IMG/VR virus record: IMGVR_UViG_3300046616_000314
Coordinates: 434,001 to 498,000 of that record
DNA length: 64,000 bases
Direction: 5' to 3' (one strand)
The position numbers and the translations under genes are program-made. How positions within the stretch are numbered: position 1 is the stretch's first letter; each line of letters opens with the position of its first letter. This document shows, piece after piece, positions 1-10,784 of this stretch. The notes below the pieces were generated by a model. The model was given only the letters and a program-made list of their open reading frames with translations, made no database searches and had not been told where the DNA came from.

Positions 1-2657
1 GGACCGCGCCCGATGGCGTAGGAATATGCGCTAGACGGTTGGACATTCCAGCCGTTTTCGTTTCCCGAGGTTGCAGTACGAACCCAGAACGTATTGGAAC
101 GAACTTCAACATCACTGTCGATTTGGAACGCCAGGGTTCCAACCGGAGCAATTGTTGCGTTCGCATTGCGACGATCTGTTTCGGTGTCGAACAAATGAAC
201 GTTGTAAATCGGCATTGTATCGTTAGACGCGGTTTGCCAGAACAGATAATTTGAGTGATCTTCGACAGGTTGAAGAATAATGTTGTTATAGGTATCCGGG
301 TTATCGGGATGCCCATTCAGGTTCGCATCAGCAAAACGAACAACGGTACGAGCCGGGTTAGGTGTGCCATCACGATTTAGGTAGATAGCTCCGGTGTATA
401 GTTCGTAATCCTTGCCAATCGAGCTACCGGTGTTGCTGTTCAGGTCTTCGTTATACTTCAAGACGCTGATCAAATCGTTTTGTTCATTGCCGGTTTCGTT
501 GTCGATAGAACGACGCCCGTCATTGTAGAATTCAACGTTCTTCAAGCTTTCGAAGATATAGCGAATGCCGTTTGCGTTCACACCCCATGTTCCGCCAGCC
601 GAATAGCTCACGGTCATGACTTCGTACACGTCACCAGCTTCGGGACCAATCAGACCCCAAGCACGAACACCGTCGTTGGGGTTCACGGAAGAGTCGAAGT
701 AAAGCGAGAACGATTGGTTGTCGTTGATCTTATCTTGGATTTCAGAAATCGTTGTCGAATCCAGGGTAGGAGAGAAACGCGGAACAATTTCAATAACTTC
801 CCAGCCTGTAGGGATAGCCAATGACAGGGTGACAGGTCCAGGCGTGTTTGCAGCAGGCGGATTGTTTACGGCGCCGATGATGCTGACGACAGTTGCCCAT
901 TTGAATGAGGTCGGATGGGCAGGGTCTTGGAACTTCAATGTCGCGCCTGAAGCGATATAATCAATAGAGCTTGCGCCCGCGCCAGGGAAACTACCGGTGC
1001 TGCTATAAGCAGCCGATGTTGCAGCTTCCCACGGAATCGGAGGGGAAGGGAACTTAGAATCATCCAACAGACGATCTTGCATATAGTTGAGCGTTTCCTG
1101 ACGATCCAAGATCGGCTGGATAAACGACGTAACCAATTGCGGCGCGGTCTGGTTCAAAGTGATCGGAATTTCGACGTAGGTGTTGTACTTTTCTTTGAAG
1201 AAAATACCATCGTCCGAGAACACGTTCACGTCTTGATAGTTGCCGGTCGGATCGTTCAAATCAATAAAACGGGAGTGCCCCGAATAGACACGGTTCAATG
1301 CCTTCAGCTTTACAGCCAAATTGCTTTGCAGCGGGAAGGTGTTGTAGTCTTCGCCCGAGACCATGCGGTTTTGGGTAGCGTAGACGGATGGGGCACGTGC
1401 CTTGATTTGAGCTTCGGTTTCACGCGGTGTGGAATTCGAAACAGTTTCTTCAAGAGCGAACACCATCGTAAGGGTCTTCTGGACGCCATTACGATTGTAA
1501 TACTTCAGAGGAATTTCAACACGGCTGATGTCTGATGGCTTGATTTGATAGGTCAGACCGTTCGACACGCGATACCAGACGCGCAAGTTGCCGGTTGGAA
1601 CCGAGCCGAAACGACCGTCCGAGAAACGTAGGGACACGGCATCGTTATCGCGAGTGATCACCGAATAAATGTCACGCACGCTGGCTTCATAGTTGTTGTA
1701 GGTGATGTTCTGGTTATAGATAGCCGGAACCTTCGACCATTCTGTTAGAACCGAGCCGTTGTCATTGATCGTCTGAACCCAAACGTCTGTTTCGTTGACG
1801 TTGTTGTTGCCCAGGTCGATGACTTGGTTTTCGATAGGGGTCGAAATGAAGAACGATTCCGTGAAGGTGGAGCCTTGCTTGAACAGGAAAAAGAAACCTG
1901 TATTCGCGCTGGAATTACCCGTACCGTCATTGCGGTAGAAAACATTTAGCGAATTGCCGTAGCCAGGAGTACGCTCATAGAAGCCACCACCATCGTCAAA
2001 GTCGGCATTGACGACTTCGAAGTTCATGGATGTACCGGAGACCTTGGCAGAGAACGACAAATTGGCTTCAGCCATCACATTGTTGAAGCGATAGCTTTGG
2101 GTCAACACGTCACCAACAGTTCCCTTTTTCAGAGGCACGCCATATTGGTGATTGGCATTGAACGCGCTGTTCATGATCGTCGTGAAACGTTCGAACCAAT
2201 CAGCATCGTCGGGATTGTCCCACTGGACGGGGACGTTGTTCAAGCTGGCGCCGAAGCTGTCAGTTAGATCATCATCGGTCGAGACTTCAACGAGCTTAAG
2301 CAAACCGGTGGCGGGTTGGTTGCGGCGAGGATTGTAGGAGATAAAGCGAGCAAGGCGCAAAATGCTTTCGCGCGTCTCTGCATTCTCAAGGAAATTCTCG
2401 CGAGCGTTGATATCGGTCTTGAATGCCAGAGTACCGGCGAGCCAGGACAGCAATTCAATGATGGCGATGAATTCAGACGATTCGATCCAGTCGTTGAAAT
2501 TTTCTGGATAGTTGGTTTGGATGTAGGAACGTAGCGAATCGTTGATCGATGCCGGGTCCGAGGCATTGAAGTTGACTTCCGTGAACGCACGGTAAAGGAC
2601 GAGCCAGTCTTGACCCGCGAACAACTCAGATTGTCTAATTGAAGAAGAAATGGCTAG
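1..2657 (-). CDS. Baseplate wedge subunit, T4 gp6-like (3' end runs off the window; start codon uncertain)
   Basis: Manual translation gives AISSSIRQSELFAGQDW...LRSYIQTNYPENFNDWIESSEFIAIIELLSWLAGTLAFKTDINARENFLENAETRESILRLARFISYNPRR, a typical gp6-like N-terminus. The same frame is still coding at position 1. It follows the gp25-like gene. Confidence 0.85.
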
Positions 2658-2663
2658 GACCCC

Positions 2664-3056
2664 TTAAATATTGTTGGCTGTTTGGCGAGAATCAAAATCA
2701 ACAGCAAAAGTATTAATTACATCGTATGGTTTATATAATAGCGTAAGTTCGATACGAATGCCATTTTCTGATGCGAATACTTGCACATTTTGTACAGTTA
2801 CTCGGCTATCCGATTGACAAATGCGTACGGCTTCAGCAACGATCACGTCTCGCGTGCCCGTTACGAGCGGTTCCATAAGATAATCCCAGATTTTGCAGCC
2901 ATAGGCAGGGCGCATCACGCGCTCACCAACCTTGGTATTGAAATGGTTCATCAAGTCGCGTTTGATCAAAGCAATGTCGTAATAGGTATAGTTCTGACTG
3001 ACTAGACCCCCGGCGGTGCTGAAACCCTTGAATACAATATTGCTCGATGACGCCAT
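2664..3056 (-). CDS. Baseplate wedge / sheath initiator, gp25-like
   Basis: DIALIKRDLMNHFNTKVGERVMRPAYGCKIWDYLMEP...DSRV matches the GPW/gp25 pattern; adjacent to the gp6-like gene. Confidence 0.9.
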   Translation of the reverse strand: MASSSNIVFKGFSTAGGLVSQNYTYYDIALIKRDLMNHFNTKVGERVMRPAYGCKIWDYLMEPLVTGTRDVIVAEAVRICQSDSRVTVQNVQVFASENGIRIELTLLYKPYDVINTFAVDFDSRQTANNI

Positions 3057-3109
3057 GTGAAATAAACACCTGTGATTTAAGATATTTATTCCACCATTAA
3101 GGCGGGGCT

Positions 3110-4039
3110 TTAACAGACGACGATTTTGCCTCTGGCTTCTTTCAAGATAGTTTGGAAGATGCCTTCGTAATGTTCGCGGGCTTGATTGATCATTCGTTGT
3201 ACATCGGCTTGAGTACCCGGCTTGATCGGATATTCGTTGCGCGGATGTTTAAGGGTTTCATCGCCATACTGTAGAACAGTAGGGGCAGGCTTAAATGTAA
3301 TCTTACCCGTCAGGATGTATTGGGTAAACATTTCGGCTTTCAACTCATAGTAATAATCACCCGAATCATACAGTTTCAGGATTTTGTTATTACGAACAGA
3401 TGCCATAGTACATAGAGACATCAACATGACCCCGGCGGCTGTTTCACCTTCGGCGACATGAAAATCATAATATTTCTTGGCGATATATTCTAGATCACGA
3501 TCAGTGCTGGTGATTTCATTTTGCCAATTATATCGCCCGATTTTGCCGTTGATCGACATCAACGCATGAACCATGCGGTGAGCAATTGTCCAGGGAGTCA
3601 AGGCGTGTCTATGTTCGCCACCTTCATTGTGCGCGAGAACAACTTGAATTGACATTGGATAATTTTCCAACACCTGTTCAATCTTGGCAGTCATGGGCTT
3701 GGGGAATTCATGTGCCGCTTGCTTAAGTGTGATCTCACCATAATCAACGTTCTTCAAGAAATACAACATCTTGGGATCATTGATGAAATACAGATAGAAA
3801 TCTTCGGCTCTGGCTTCGAATTTCTTCTTAAGAATATCTAGATTTTTTGGATCGGTTGCTAGAGTGCGATCCACCTTAGAGACAAACGAATTTTTAGCAA
3901 AAGCATTTCGCCCGATGTCGTTGGTTGAATCTTGCCCAGTAATAGGCTTGTGGTTAGACGTAGTATCTGACCAATCGCCATAGTGACTCACGTCAGCCAA
4001 TGGAGCTTCAAACAAATCCATAAAGCGGCGCATGTCCAT
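3110..4039 (-). CDS. Hypothetical protein, possible internal head protein
   Basis: 309-aa ORF coupled to the upstream fibre gene (TAATG overlap); leader MDMRRFMDLFEA. Confidence 0.7.
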   Translation of the reverse strand: MDMRRFMDLFEAPLADVSHYGDWSDTTSNHKPITGQDSTNDIGRNAFAKNSFVSKVDRTLATDPKNLDILKKKFEARAEDFYLYFINDPKMLYFLKNVDYGEITLKQAAHEFPKPMTAKIEQVLENYPMSIQVVLAHNEGGEHRHALTPWTIAHRMVHALMSINGKIGRYNWQNEITSTDRDLEYIAKKYYDFHVAEGETAAGVMLMSLCTMASVRNNKILKLYDSGDYYYELKAEMFTQYILTGKITFKPAPTVLQYGDETLKHPRNEYPIKPGTQADVQRMINQAREHYEGIFQTILKEARGKIVVC

Positions 4040-6015
4040 TACTTAAGCTTGTCTTTCAGTTCATCAACTTCTGCGCTCAGTTCCTTAATCGCTTCGACCA
4101 ATAGACCAACGAGGACGCCATAGGCGACCAGTTTCTTACCTTGTTCGTTTTCAGTGATGGCTTCGGGAGCGACTTGTTCAACGTGTTGCGCGATCAGACC
4201 CATCTTGCGAGGATAGCCTGCCATGTCATTACGATTGAAGGTAACACCTTGAAGTTGCTTAACTTTAGCCAAGGCATCTTCAATTAGATCGACATTTTCC
4301 TTGACGGATTCATCGGACAGACCTGAAACGTCGCCATCGGCATTGATGCTACCGATTGTCTTAATATCACCCGTGTCGCGTGAGAACACGATTGGGTGGT
4401 TTGTGGCATTACCGATGAAGACCTTGGCGCCCGTAATGTTGGGAACGCGCCCGGCGTCTACACCAGAGAAGCCAGGGTTCAACCAAAGGTGTGCAGCGGG
4501 CTCAAGAGCCATGCTGTCATCGTTGACGCCGTTTGGTTGGTCATTTGTTGTACCGATACGAAGGGCAGAATATTCATAATGCGAATTGGTGTTAGCAACA
4601 CCATTTGCAATAATGCTGTTAGCAATGGCGTTGGCAATAGCAGTATTGGTGATGTAGGCGTAATTGAAGTTGTTTTGATCCAACATCAGGAAGCCACCAT
4701 CACCGGCGCCGACTGTATTTGGAAGCTTCTGGAACTTAATGCCGTATGTTTCGCCATAACTGTTGGCGTCGATGATGACGTTGGTGTTTGCCAAAGTCGT
4801 GTCGCCAGGAGTGGTCAGCGTTACATCAACCCATGTTGAAGTAGCGTTGTCGAACACGCGCAAATAATCATTACCGGTATTGGCAATCGAGTTGGCGTTG
4901 TCGATCCACAAATCACCATCCTTAGCGCCACCAGTGGAAGGCTCAATAGCGGTATAATAGACCGTAGAACCAACTGCTACGACCAGGGCGTCAATCTGCG
5001 TTTGCAGGTTGCCGTCGCCATCTTGGCGGGCTTGTGCTTCATCAGCAATGGCAACGTAAACGTTAGAAATCGATTGGTTTACGGTTGTAATCGCATTTTG
5101 TCGGTTGGTAATTTCTTGAGCAATGGCGTTCGCGTTGAGGCTTGTAGCCGAAGAAACCGCGTTGATTTCATTTCGCAGCAGGGCATCGTTAGCGATACGA
5201 TAGGTCGCCTCTTGGTCCAGCTTCAGTTGGAACGAAACGGAGTTGCTTTCGAGCACGCCAATTCGGGTTTCCAGACCAGTTGCATAGGTCGTGAGACTTT
5301 GGTCGGCACTTTGACGAGCATTGATTTCGTTAGTCAAATCAGTGCCTAGGTCGGTCAACGATTGATTGAACGTGACGCCATTGGCTTCTAGGTTAGAAAT
5401 GCGAACTTCGGCATTGCCGATGCGGAGACCCAACGCGAGATCGCCGTTCTGGCGATTGGTGATCTCTTGAAGCAGAAGTGCCGAATTAGAATTGATTTGG
5501 GTTTGCAGGAAAGAATACGCAGCATTGGAATTGCTACCCGAAGAAGCAATCAATCCATCAACATACGTCTTATTCGTAGCTTGTGTACCCGAGGTTGGAT
5601 TGTAGTTCAAAATCAACGAGCTAGAAACGGTTGCATTAACAAATGAAACGTTATTGTTGGCATCTTCGCTGATGACCTTGCGCCATCCGCCCGATGTTCC
5701 ATTGTCATTGAATTCTAGAATGGTAGTACCGGCATTGAAGCGAATCATACCCGCTACGGCATTACCAGTAGGAGCACCAATCGGAAGAACTAACCCATTG
5801 TTCTTATACGAGATATTGATAATAACTTCGCCCGCCGAATTCAGCGACGTGGCTAGATTAGCAATCGATAGCGCATTCGACTTCGCGACGTGCAAATTTT
5901 CAATTGCCGTTTTGATGACGCCGAAATTGTCGCGGAACTGTTGAGACGGTTGGTCAACGTTCGGAACGGGGAAATTTTGCGCGTAAATTAGGGATTGACC
6001 TGTATCGATGCTCAT
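4039..6015 (-). CDS. Tail fibre/spike with coiled-coil shaft and C-terminal intramolecular chaperone (peptidase S74-type)
   Basis: N-terminal NFPVPNVDQPSQQFRDNF; EITNRQ/EINARQ/EAQARQ repeats; C-terminal LSDESVKENV...GLIAQHVEQVAPEA...LLVEAIKEL. Confidence 0.85.
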   Translation of the reverse strand: MSIDTGQSLIYAQNFPVPNVDQPSQQFRDNFGVIKTAIENLHVAKSNALSIANLATSLNSAGEVIINISYKNNGLVLPIGAPTGNAVAGMIRFNAGTTILEFNDNGTSGGWRKVISEDANNNVSFVNATVSSSLILNYNPTSGTQATNKTYVDGLIASSGSNSNAAYSFLQTQINSNSALLLQEITNRQNGDLALGLRIGNAEVRISNLEANGVTFNQSLTDLGTDLTNEINARQSADQSLTTYATGLETRIGVLESNSVSFQLKLDQEATYRIANDALLRNEINAVSSATSLNANAIAQEITNRQNAITTVNQSISNVYVAIADEAQARQDGDGNLQTQIDALVVAVGSTVYYTAIEPSTGGAKDGDLWIDNANSIANTGNDYLRVFDNATSTWVDVTLTTPGDTTLANTNVIIDANSYGETYGIKFQKLPNTVGAGDGGFLMLDQNNFNYAYITNTAIANAIANSIIANGVANTNSHYEYSALRIGTTNDQPNGVNDDSMALEPAAHLWLNPGFSGVDAGRVPNITGAKVFIGNATNHPIVFSRDTGDIKTIGSINADGDVSGLSDESVKENVDLIEDALAKVKQLQGVTFNRNDMAGYPRKMGLIAQHVEQVAPEAITENEQGKKLVAYGVLVGLLVEAIKELSAEVDELKDKLK

Positions 6016-8048
6016 GTAAGGCTTCCACCTGAAAGTTTTGGATTTATTCTATAGTATTTACCCTCATCGAAACCGAAGGTGTCAAAATTCGTTAAGCCGT
6101 TATCAAATGTAGTTGTGTTCTCATCAAACGTAGTTGGGAAAGCAACGGTTTGGAATACAACGTAATATTGATCGAAATCGACTTGGTGTCCGTAGACGAT
6201 AGGATTACCCGGTTCCAGTTCTGTTGACTGCACCGGAGGATTCAATTTAATTTGGTCGAGGACCGCTTGACCAGTACCCGGCTTTAGGTATGCAAGGGCG
6301 ACCGCCGGGATATAACCCAGTGCGCTATTGGTTGCCGAAGTCTGCGGGCTACTCATCCACAACGGCATATTTTCCACGACGGGATTGCCGGGTACGAATT
6401 CTTGCGAGGGATCGATAGCCGGAAAGCCGATCTTCGTAATGAAATCGTAGCGAATGTTTTTGATGCTGGACGGGTGAATATAAGTCGGGGGAGCGACCGA
6501 TTGCGGATAGCGCAATGGTTCTGCTACGGGAACTTTATTAATGACCTTAAAACCACCGGCTTTGGCGATAGGATCGATGACATCGCGGTACAGCACTTCA
6601 TAAATCGTGACACCATTTTGCTTGGCGTACGCGATCTTATGGGCGCCCAGTTGAACAGTAATTGGACCGCCATACGGAGAATTCTGAATAGTGGTTCGCA
6701 TTTCATCAATGTCGCCCCGAATGCCTGAGACGATATAGATGTTTAAGTCGCGACCAACTGTTCCAAAATTTTCGTCTGTGGAACGGAAATAGTACGTGGG
6801 ATCAATGCGAGACGAATAATATTCGTACATCGGACGAATTTCTTTGACTCGGAGGTTGAACATTACTTCCGAGAGATACGCCGAATTGTATCGTGGTTGC
6901 ACGGTCATAGAGAACGTACGATCTTCGTACGTGTCGCCCACATATGCACGGATACGGAAGATATATGTCTTCGTCAGGGCTATGTGTGAAAATTTACCTT
7001 CCAAATCCCCTGTGAACGTATTTAAGGTGATTCCAGGGGGTAGAACGCTCGATGAATGCAATGCGTATGAAACCGCTTCACCGGTCGTACACGTGGCTAG
7101 GACGCTCGCTGAACAGGGTTGTTGCTCATAGAATGTACCAATGTCGCCAGCCGGTGTGACCCAGCGAATGAAACGGAGGGGTTCTAGGACATCGACGGGA
7201 GGCGCAATTTCGATCCCAAAAATGCGTGTCGAATTAGCGACCGGAGTACCATTTACCTCTAGACGAATTTGGAAATAATAATTACCTAACTGGTTCGAAG
7301 GATCGACATCACCCGAGAGCAGCCCTGTCGAAGGATTGAGCACGACGTTATGAGGCAGATAGTCGAATGGAGCCACGACTTCATCTAGAGAAATGAAATG
7401 CTCTAGAATGAACGTGGGGTTGGGACCGCCGTTGTTATAAACTTGAAGCTGATATTCGAAGGTATCACCACGGGTTGCTCTACCTAGCGGAACATATGCA
7501 TATCGTTCATCATCCGGTCCAAAGAAACTTTGAGACGGGAGATTCCAAGAAGGCGGAACGAGAATTACGGTGGCAGACGATGCGGTGACAGAAAATTCCC
7601 GGTCAACTGAATTCAGATTGTCAGAGGCGCGAACGGCGAAGGGGTAAACCAGAGCGTTGCTTACAACGGGTAGTGTACCAATCGTCCCAGAAATCGTGCC
7701 CGAATTTGAGAAGGTAATCCCAGGCGGGAGGCTATTATACAGCATCGTATAGGTGATAGGTTGCTCTGCGATGACTTCCACAATATCGGTTGTGGTCAGA
7801 GCATTTGACAGAACGATGGTATTAGAAACGATGGTGTAGTTGGTCGGGTTTACAAGCGTTGCTGTATTGACCTTCAAGGTGACGTTAGCAACATCTTCAC
7901 TTGGGTCAATATCGATAACTGTTTGCCCAGGAGCACCCATGAATGTTGCCACACGTTCGGCGTGTAGAACACTACTAATAGTGCTCCCTTCCGAGCCCGA
8001 GGCTAGGTTGCCGCTTGGGGTTTTCCAAATGGGGAAAAATTCGATCAT
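6012..8048 (-). CDS. Virion structural protein with putative Ig-like (He_PIG-type) domains
   Basis: Repeated LPPGITxxxxGxxxG...YxFxxRA units, WxTPxG motifs and a C-terminal TTFDxxTTTFD; lies in the baseplate cluster. Confidence 0.75.
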   Translation of the reverse strand: MIEFFPIWKTPSGNLASGSEGSTISSVLHAERVATFMGAPGQTVIDIDPSEDVANVTLKVNTATLVNPTNYTIVSNTIVLSNALTTTDIVEVIAEQPITYTMLYNSLPPGITFSNSGTISGTIGTLPVVSNALVYPFAVRASDNLNSVDREFSVTASSATVILVPPSWNLPSQSFFGPDDERYAYVPLGRATRGDTFEYQLQVYNNGGPNPTFILEHFISLDEVVAPFDYLPHNVVLNPSTGLLSGDVDPSNQLGNYYFQIRLEVNGTPVANSTRIFGIEIAPPVDVLEPLRFIRWVTPAGDIGTFYEQQPCSASVLATCTTGEAVSYALHSSSVLPPGITLNTFTGDLEGKFSHIALTKTYIFRIRAYVGDTYEDRTFSMTVQPRYNSAYLSEVMFNLRVKEIRPMYEYYSSRIDPTYYFRSTDENFGTVGRDLNIYIVSGIRGDIDEMRTTIQNSPYGGPITVQLGAHKIAYAKQNGVTIYEVLYRDVIDPIAKAGGFKVINKVPVAEPLRYPQSVAPPTYIHPSSIKNIRYDFITKIGFPAIDPSQEFVPGNPVVENMPLWMSSPQTSATNSALGYIPAVALAYLKPGTGQAVLDQIKLNPPVQSTELEPGNPIVYGHQVDFDQYYVVFQTVAFPTTFDENTTTFDNGLTNFDTFGFDEGKYYRINPKLSGGSLT

Positions 8049-8317
8049 GAAACCAGACTCCTAATCGTTTATTTATCGGCAAAAAAATCGCAGTAACCCT
8101 ATTGCAATTGGTACGAAAAAACGGTAAGTTATCCACAGGTTTATAAAAAACGCTTATTTCTGGAACGAAAATGGTTTTTCGTCGTTTGGTTAGGTACGTA
8201 TTTTCTAGAACCCATTGGGGTATAAAAATCACCCGAAGGTATCCACGGTGGATGCTTTCAACCAAGTGAGAGGTTTTGTGCATAAGTGCGCAGGACCAGA
8301 AGGATACGAGAGTCCAA

Positions 8318-8938
8318 ATGACTTTCAAGTTGACACTGAATAAGCCTGCCGCGAAATCATTCTTTGATGCCGAAAAAACCAAAGGTGTTCGGATCAAAAT
8401 TGATAACGGCGCAATGTTCTTCCAACCTGTGGACGAACTGACCAACGATTCGGTAGCTGTCGAATTCCCGGCTCGCGGAAGCGCGACGATGACGATTGGC
8501 GGCAAGGGCGAAAAAGCTCTCCGTAAGCTGTTCGATGTCGATCAGCCCTATCATGTCGTCACGCCCGCCGAAGACGGTTGGCTACGAGCCACGCCCTTCG
8601 GCGAAGGTGTTCCCGCCCGCAATATTCCTCAAGTTCGCTTGTGGGATAAGACCGTTCAGGAAGCCGTGCCCAAGGTCAAGAAGGTTCGGGGCGAAATGCC
8701 TTTCAATCCCGAAACCTTCGGTGATCGAATTCGTAATATCTTCGAACTCGCCAACTCGGAACGTAGACCAGGGCGCCCGTCTCTGGAATATGTCGCCGCT
8801 GTCGCCATCAAGGCAGAATTCGAAAAGCTGGCGGAAGAACTGGTGTTCAGTCAGAACCCCGCTTCCAAGGTCGATCTTGACCAAATCCTCGCGGCTCACA
8901 AGACGCTTGGTAATCTGGTTGAGGCAGCTAAACACTAG
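8318..8938 (+). CDS. Hypothetical protein
   Basis: ORF with ATG at 8318 after GAGAG; followed by a terminator; contains RRPGRP (AT-hook-like). Confidence 0.7.
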   Translation: MTFKLTLNKPAAKSFFDAEKTKGVRIKIDNGAMFFQPVDELTNDSVAVEFPARGSATMTIGGKGEKALRKLFDVDQPYHVVTPAEDGWLRATPFGEGVPARNIPQVRLWDKTVQEAVPKVKKVRGEMPFNPETFGDRIRNIFELANSERRPGRPSLEYVAAVAIKAEFEKLAEELVFSQNPASKVDLDQILAAHKTLGNLVEAAKH

Positions 8939-8968
8939 ACTTGCAAGAATACTTCATGTGAAGTATCA

Positions 8969-9000
8969 TGGGCGGGTCTTCGGGCTCGCCCACTTTTTTT
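8969..9000 (+). terminator. Intrinsic terminator
   Basis: TGGGCGGGTC-TTCG-GGCTCGCCCA followed by a T7 tract. Confidence 0.85.
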
Positions 9001-9224
9001 GGTGTCTAATGTTTGGTCAATTAAAACAAAATTTAGCTATGGGCACCTTGGTTCGGCTTGGTCAAACCGGGGGTAGTATGGATGGCTTGACCGGGCGTAT
9101 TGCTGGCGTCACCACCGAAACCGCCCAGGCTGATTTTTACATCGTGCTCATGATCGACAGAATACCGGGCATGAATCCTGCGATAACTATTATCGAAAGC
9201 TGCATTGAACCGATCTAGGTTCTC

Positions 9225-9301
9225 GGCTCCTTAGCTCAGCGGATTAGAGCACGTGCCTTCTAAGCACGGGGTCGTTGGTTCGAATCCAACAGGAGTCGCC
9301 A
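9225..9301 (+). tRNA. tRNA-Arg (anticodon UCU) with encoded CCA
   Basis: Acceptor stem GGCTCCT/AGGAGTC, D arm GCTC..GAGC, anticodon arm CGTGC-CTTCTAA-GCACG, T loop TTCGAAT, 3' GCCA. Confidence 0.97.
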
Positions 9302-9306
9302 AACAA

Positions 9307-9332
9307 GAAAGCCCCCATTTCTGGGGGCTTTT
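9307..9332 (+). terminator. Intrinsic terminator after the tRNA
   Basis: GAAAGCCCCCA-TTTC-TGGGGGCTTTTT. Confidence 0.85.
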
Positions 9333-9462
9333 TCGTGATCTATTCTGTTTCAACGGGATCAAACGCATACCTCGTTTGGTTTATGCAACCAAAGTCATCG
9401 GTGATGAGCAATTATCATTGGCTTCTAATCAATACTTAGTATCGATGAAGCCAAATGTCAAG

Positions 9463-9825
9463 TTAGACGCCGAATTTTAGCTTAAAAAATCCTGCATCGG
9501 CTGCATCATTGAACCCGACATCAACATAATTGGTATAGCGATGGATGGTCGGAGGACCGCCAGGGAAGACAGAATGTTCATAACAAGGTTCTTTGAGAAT
9601 AGAATAATGTATTCTATTCTCAACGATATACGAAGCCATTTTGACTAAAGGCGAAACGCTCTTATCGTCGGGAGCCATCCATCTAGTTTCCACTCGAATT
9701 TGGTGTGGAAGAGGAACCGGGCTCAGATATGGACCATATTGTTCTAATCCATTACAAAATTTGGCGGCACAAAGGTTATGCTCCTGCATTCGTAGAACGC
9801 GGAGAGAAGGGGGAGTATCACACAT
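9463..9825 (-). CDS. Small hypothetical protein (FxDxxDAxxFKL family)
   Basis: C-terminal VGFNDAADAGFFKLKF. Confidence 0.7.
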   Translation of the reverse strand: MCDTPPSLRVLRMQEHNLCAAKFCNGLEQYGPYLSPVPLPHQIRVETRWMAPDDKSVSPLVKMASYIVENRIHYSILKEPCYEHSVFPGGPPTIHRYTNYVDVGFNDAADAGFFKLKFGV

Positions 9826-9834
9826 AGTATCTAC

Positions 9835-10212
9835 TTAGTTGAAAATTTTGATAGCTTTTAGATCGGCACCAATATGCTTGACGTTGATCGGACCCAGACC
9901 CAGGCAAGTCAACGTGGGTTCCTTGAACACGGTGTGAGCCGCATCAACGATCATATCCACACCGCACACCGACTTGTAAGCGGCGAGCAATTGGTGAAGT
10001 TCAGCTTCGGGGGCGATCAGCGCAATCTTGGCGACGCCGCCTGATTCCATATATGCCTTGGCATCCTTGGGGAAGCGGCGCATAGAATCGAGTAGCGCGC
10101 CCACAAAGGCATGACCACCTTGTGCCACCATCTTACCACGGGCACCATTCATCTTCTCAATGGCTTCAGCACTGAAGATTGTATAAAGTTTAATATTGTA
10201 TGGGCTTGCCAT
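9835..10212 (-). CDS. Peptidyl-tRNA hydrolase, Pth2 family
   Basis: GKMVAQGGHA, KIAL and DAAHTVF...TLTCLGLGP are Pth2 signature motifs. Confidence 0.9.
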   Translation of the reverse strand: MASPYNIKLYTIFSAEAIEKMNGARGKMVAQGGHAFVGALLDSMRRFPKDAKAYMESGGVAKIALIAPEAELHQLLAAYKSVCGVDMIVDAAHTVFKEPTLTCLGLGPINVKHIGADLKAIKIFN

Positions 10213-10784
10213 TATCTACACTTTGCCGATCTATACTTGTTTTTGTTTTCTTTTCGCACCGGAGTCACGAAACGATTTGGTAATGCTTCGGCGCCGCCCG
10301 AGGGATAGTATATGTGACGATAGCCCATAAATTCGACAACGAAAAAAGCAGTCACAAGGTATGGTGTTTCCCGGTTCGGGAATTTGACCGTGACTGTATC
10401 TCCACTCTTGAGCGGACCTTTTTTCGTAATGATCGGCTCAGTCACGGTTTTCTTCGGACCAATGTCCTTGTAAATCTGATCATAACGGAACGTGGCGGTG
10501 AATAGCTCATCGCGATCATTGTATTCGGTGGCGGACATGAACGTTGTGCCGTTGCATTTCCCAACGACGATCAAGCCTTGCATATGAATGCTACCATCAC
10601 TGAAGACGATCATGACTTGATCGCCAATTTCGTGCGGTCCACCAACATACGTTGCCAGGGCGGCAAGCTTGGCTTTCTTTTCTTCGATCTCTTCGGGAGT
10701 ATCATCTTTGCGGAAAGGATACTTGAAATCGGTAATTTCGTGGCGTGGAAAAATTTTATTCCACATAGATGCTATCGGATTCAT
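10212..10784 (-). CDS. Hypothetical protein
   Basis: 190-aa ORF in a tightly coupled operon. Confidence 0.7.
   Translation of the reverse strand: MNPIASMWNKIFPRHEITDFKYPFRKDDTPEEIEEKKAKLAALATYVGGPHEIGDQVMIVFSDGSIHMQGLIVVGKCNGTTFMSATEYNDRDELFTATFRYDQIYKDIGPKKTVTEPIITKKGPLKSGDTVTVKFPNRETPYLVTAFFVVEFMGYRHIYYPSGGAEALPNRFVTPVRKENKNKYRSAKCR

Noticed and set aside
8496-9218. 240-aa plus-strand ORF
   Set aside because: It overlaps the better ORF 8318-8938 in another frame and crosses a terminator; at most the last part (9009-9218) is a gene
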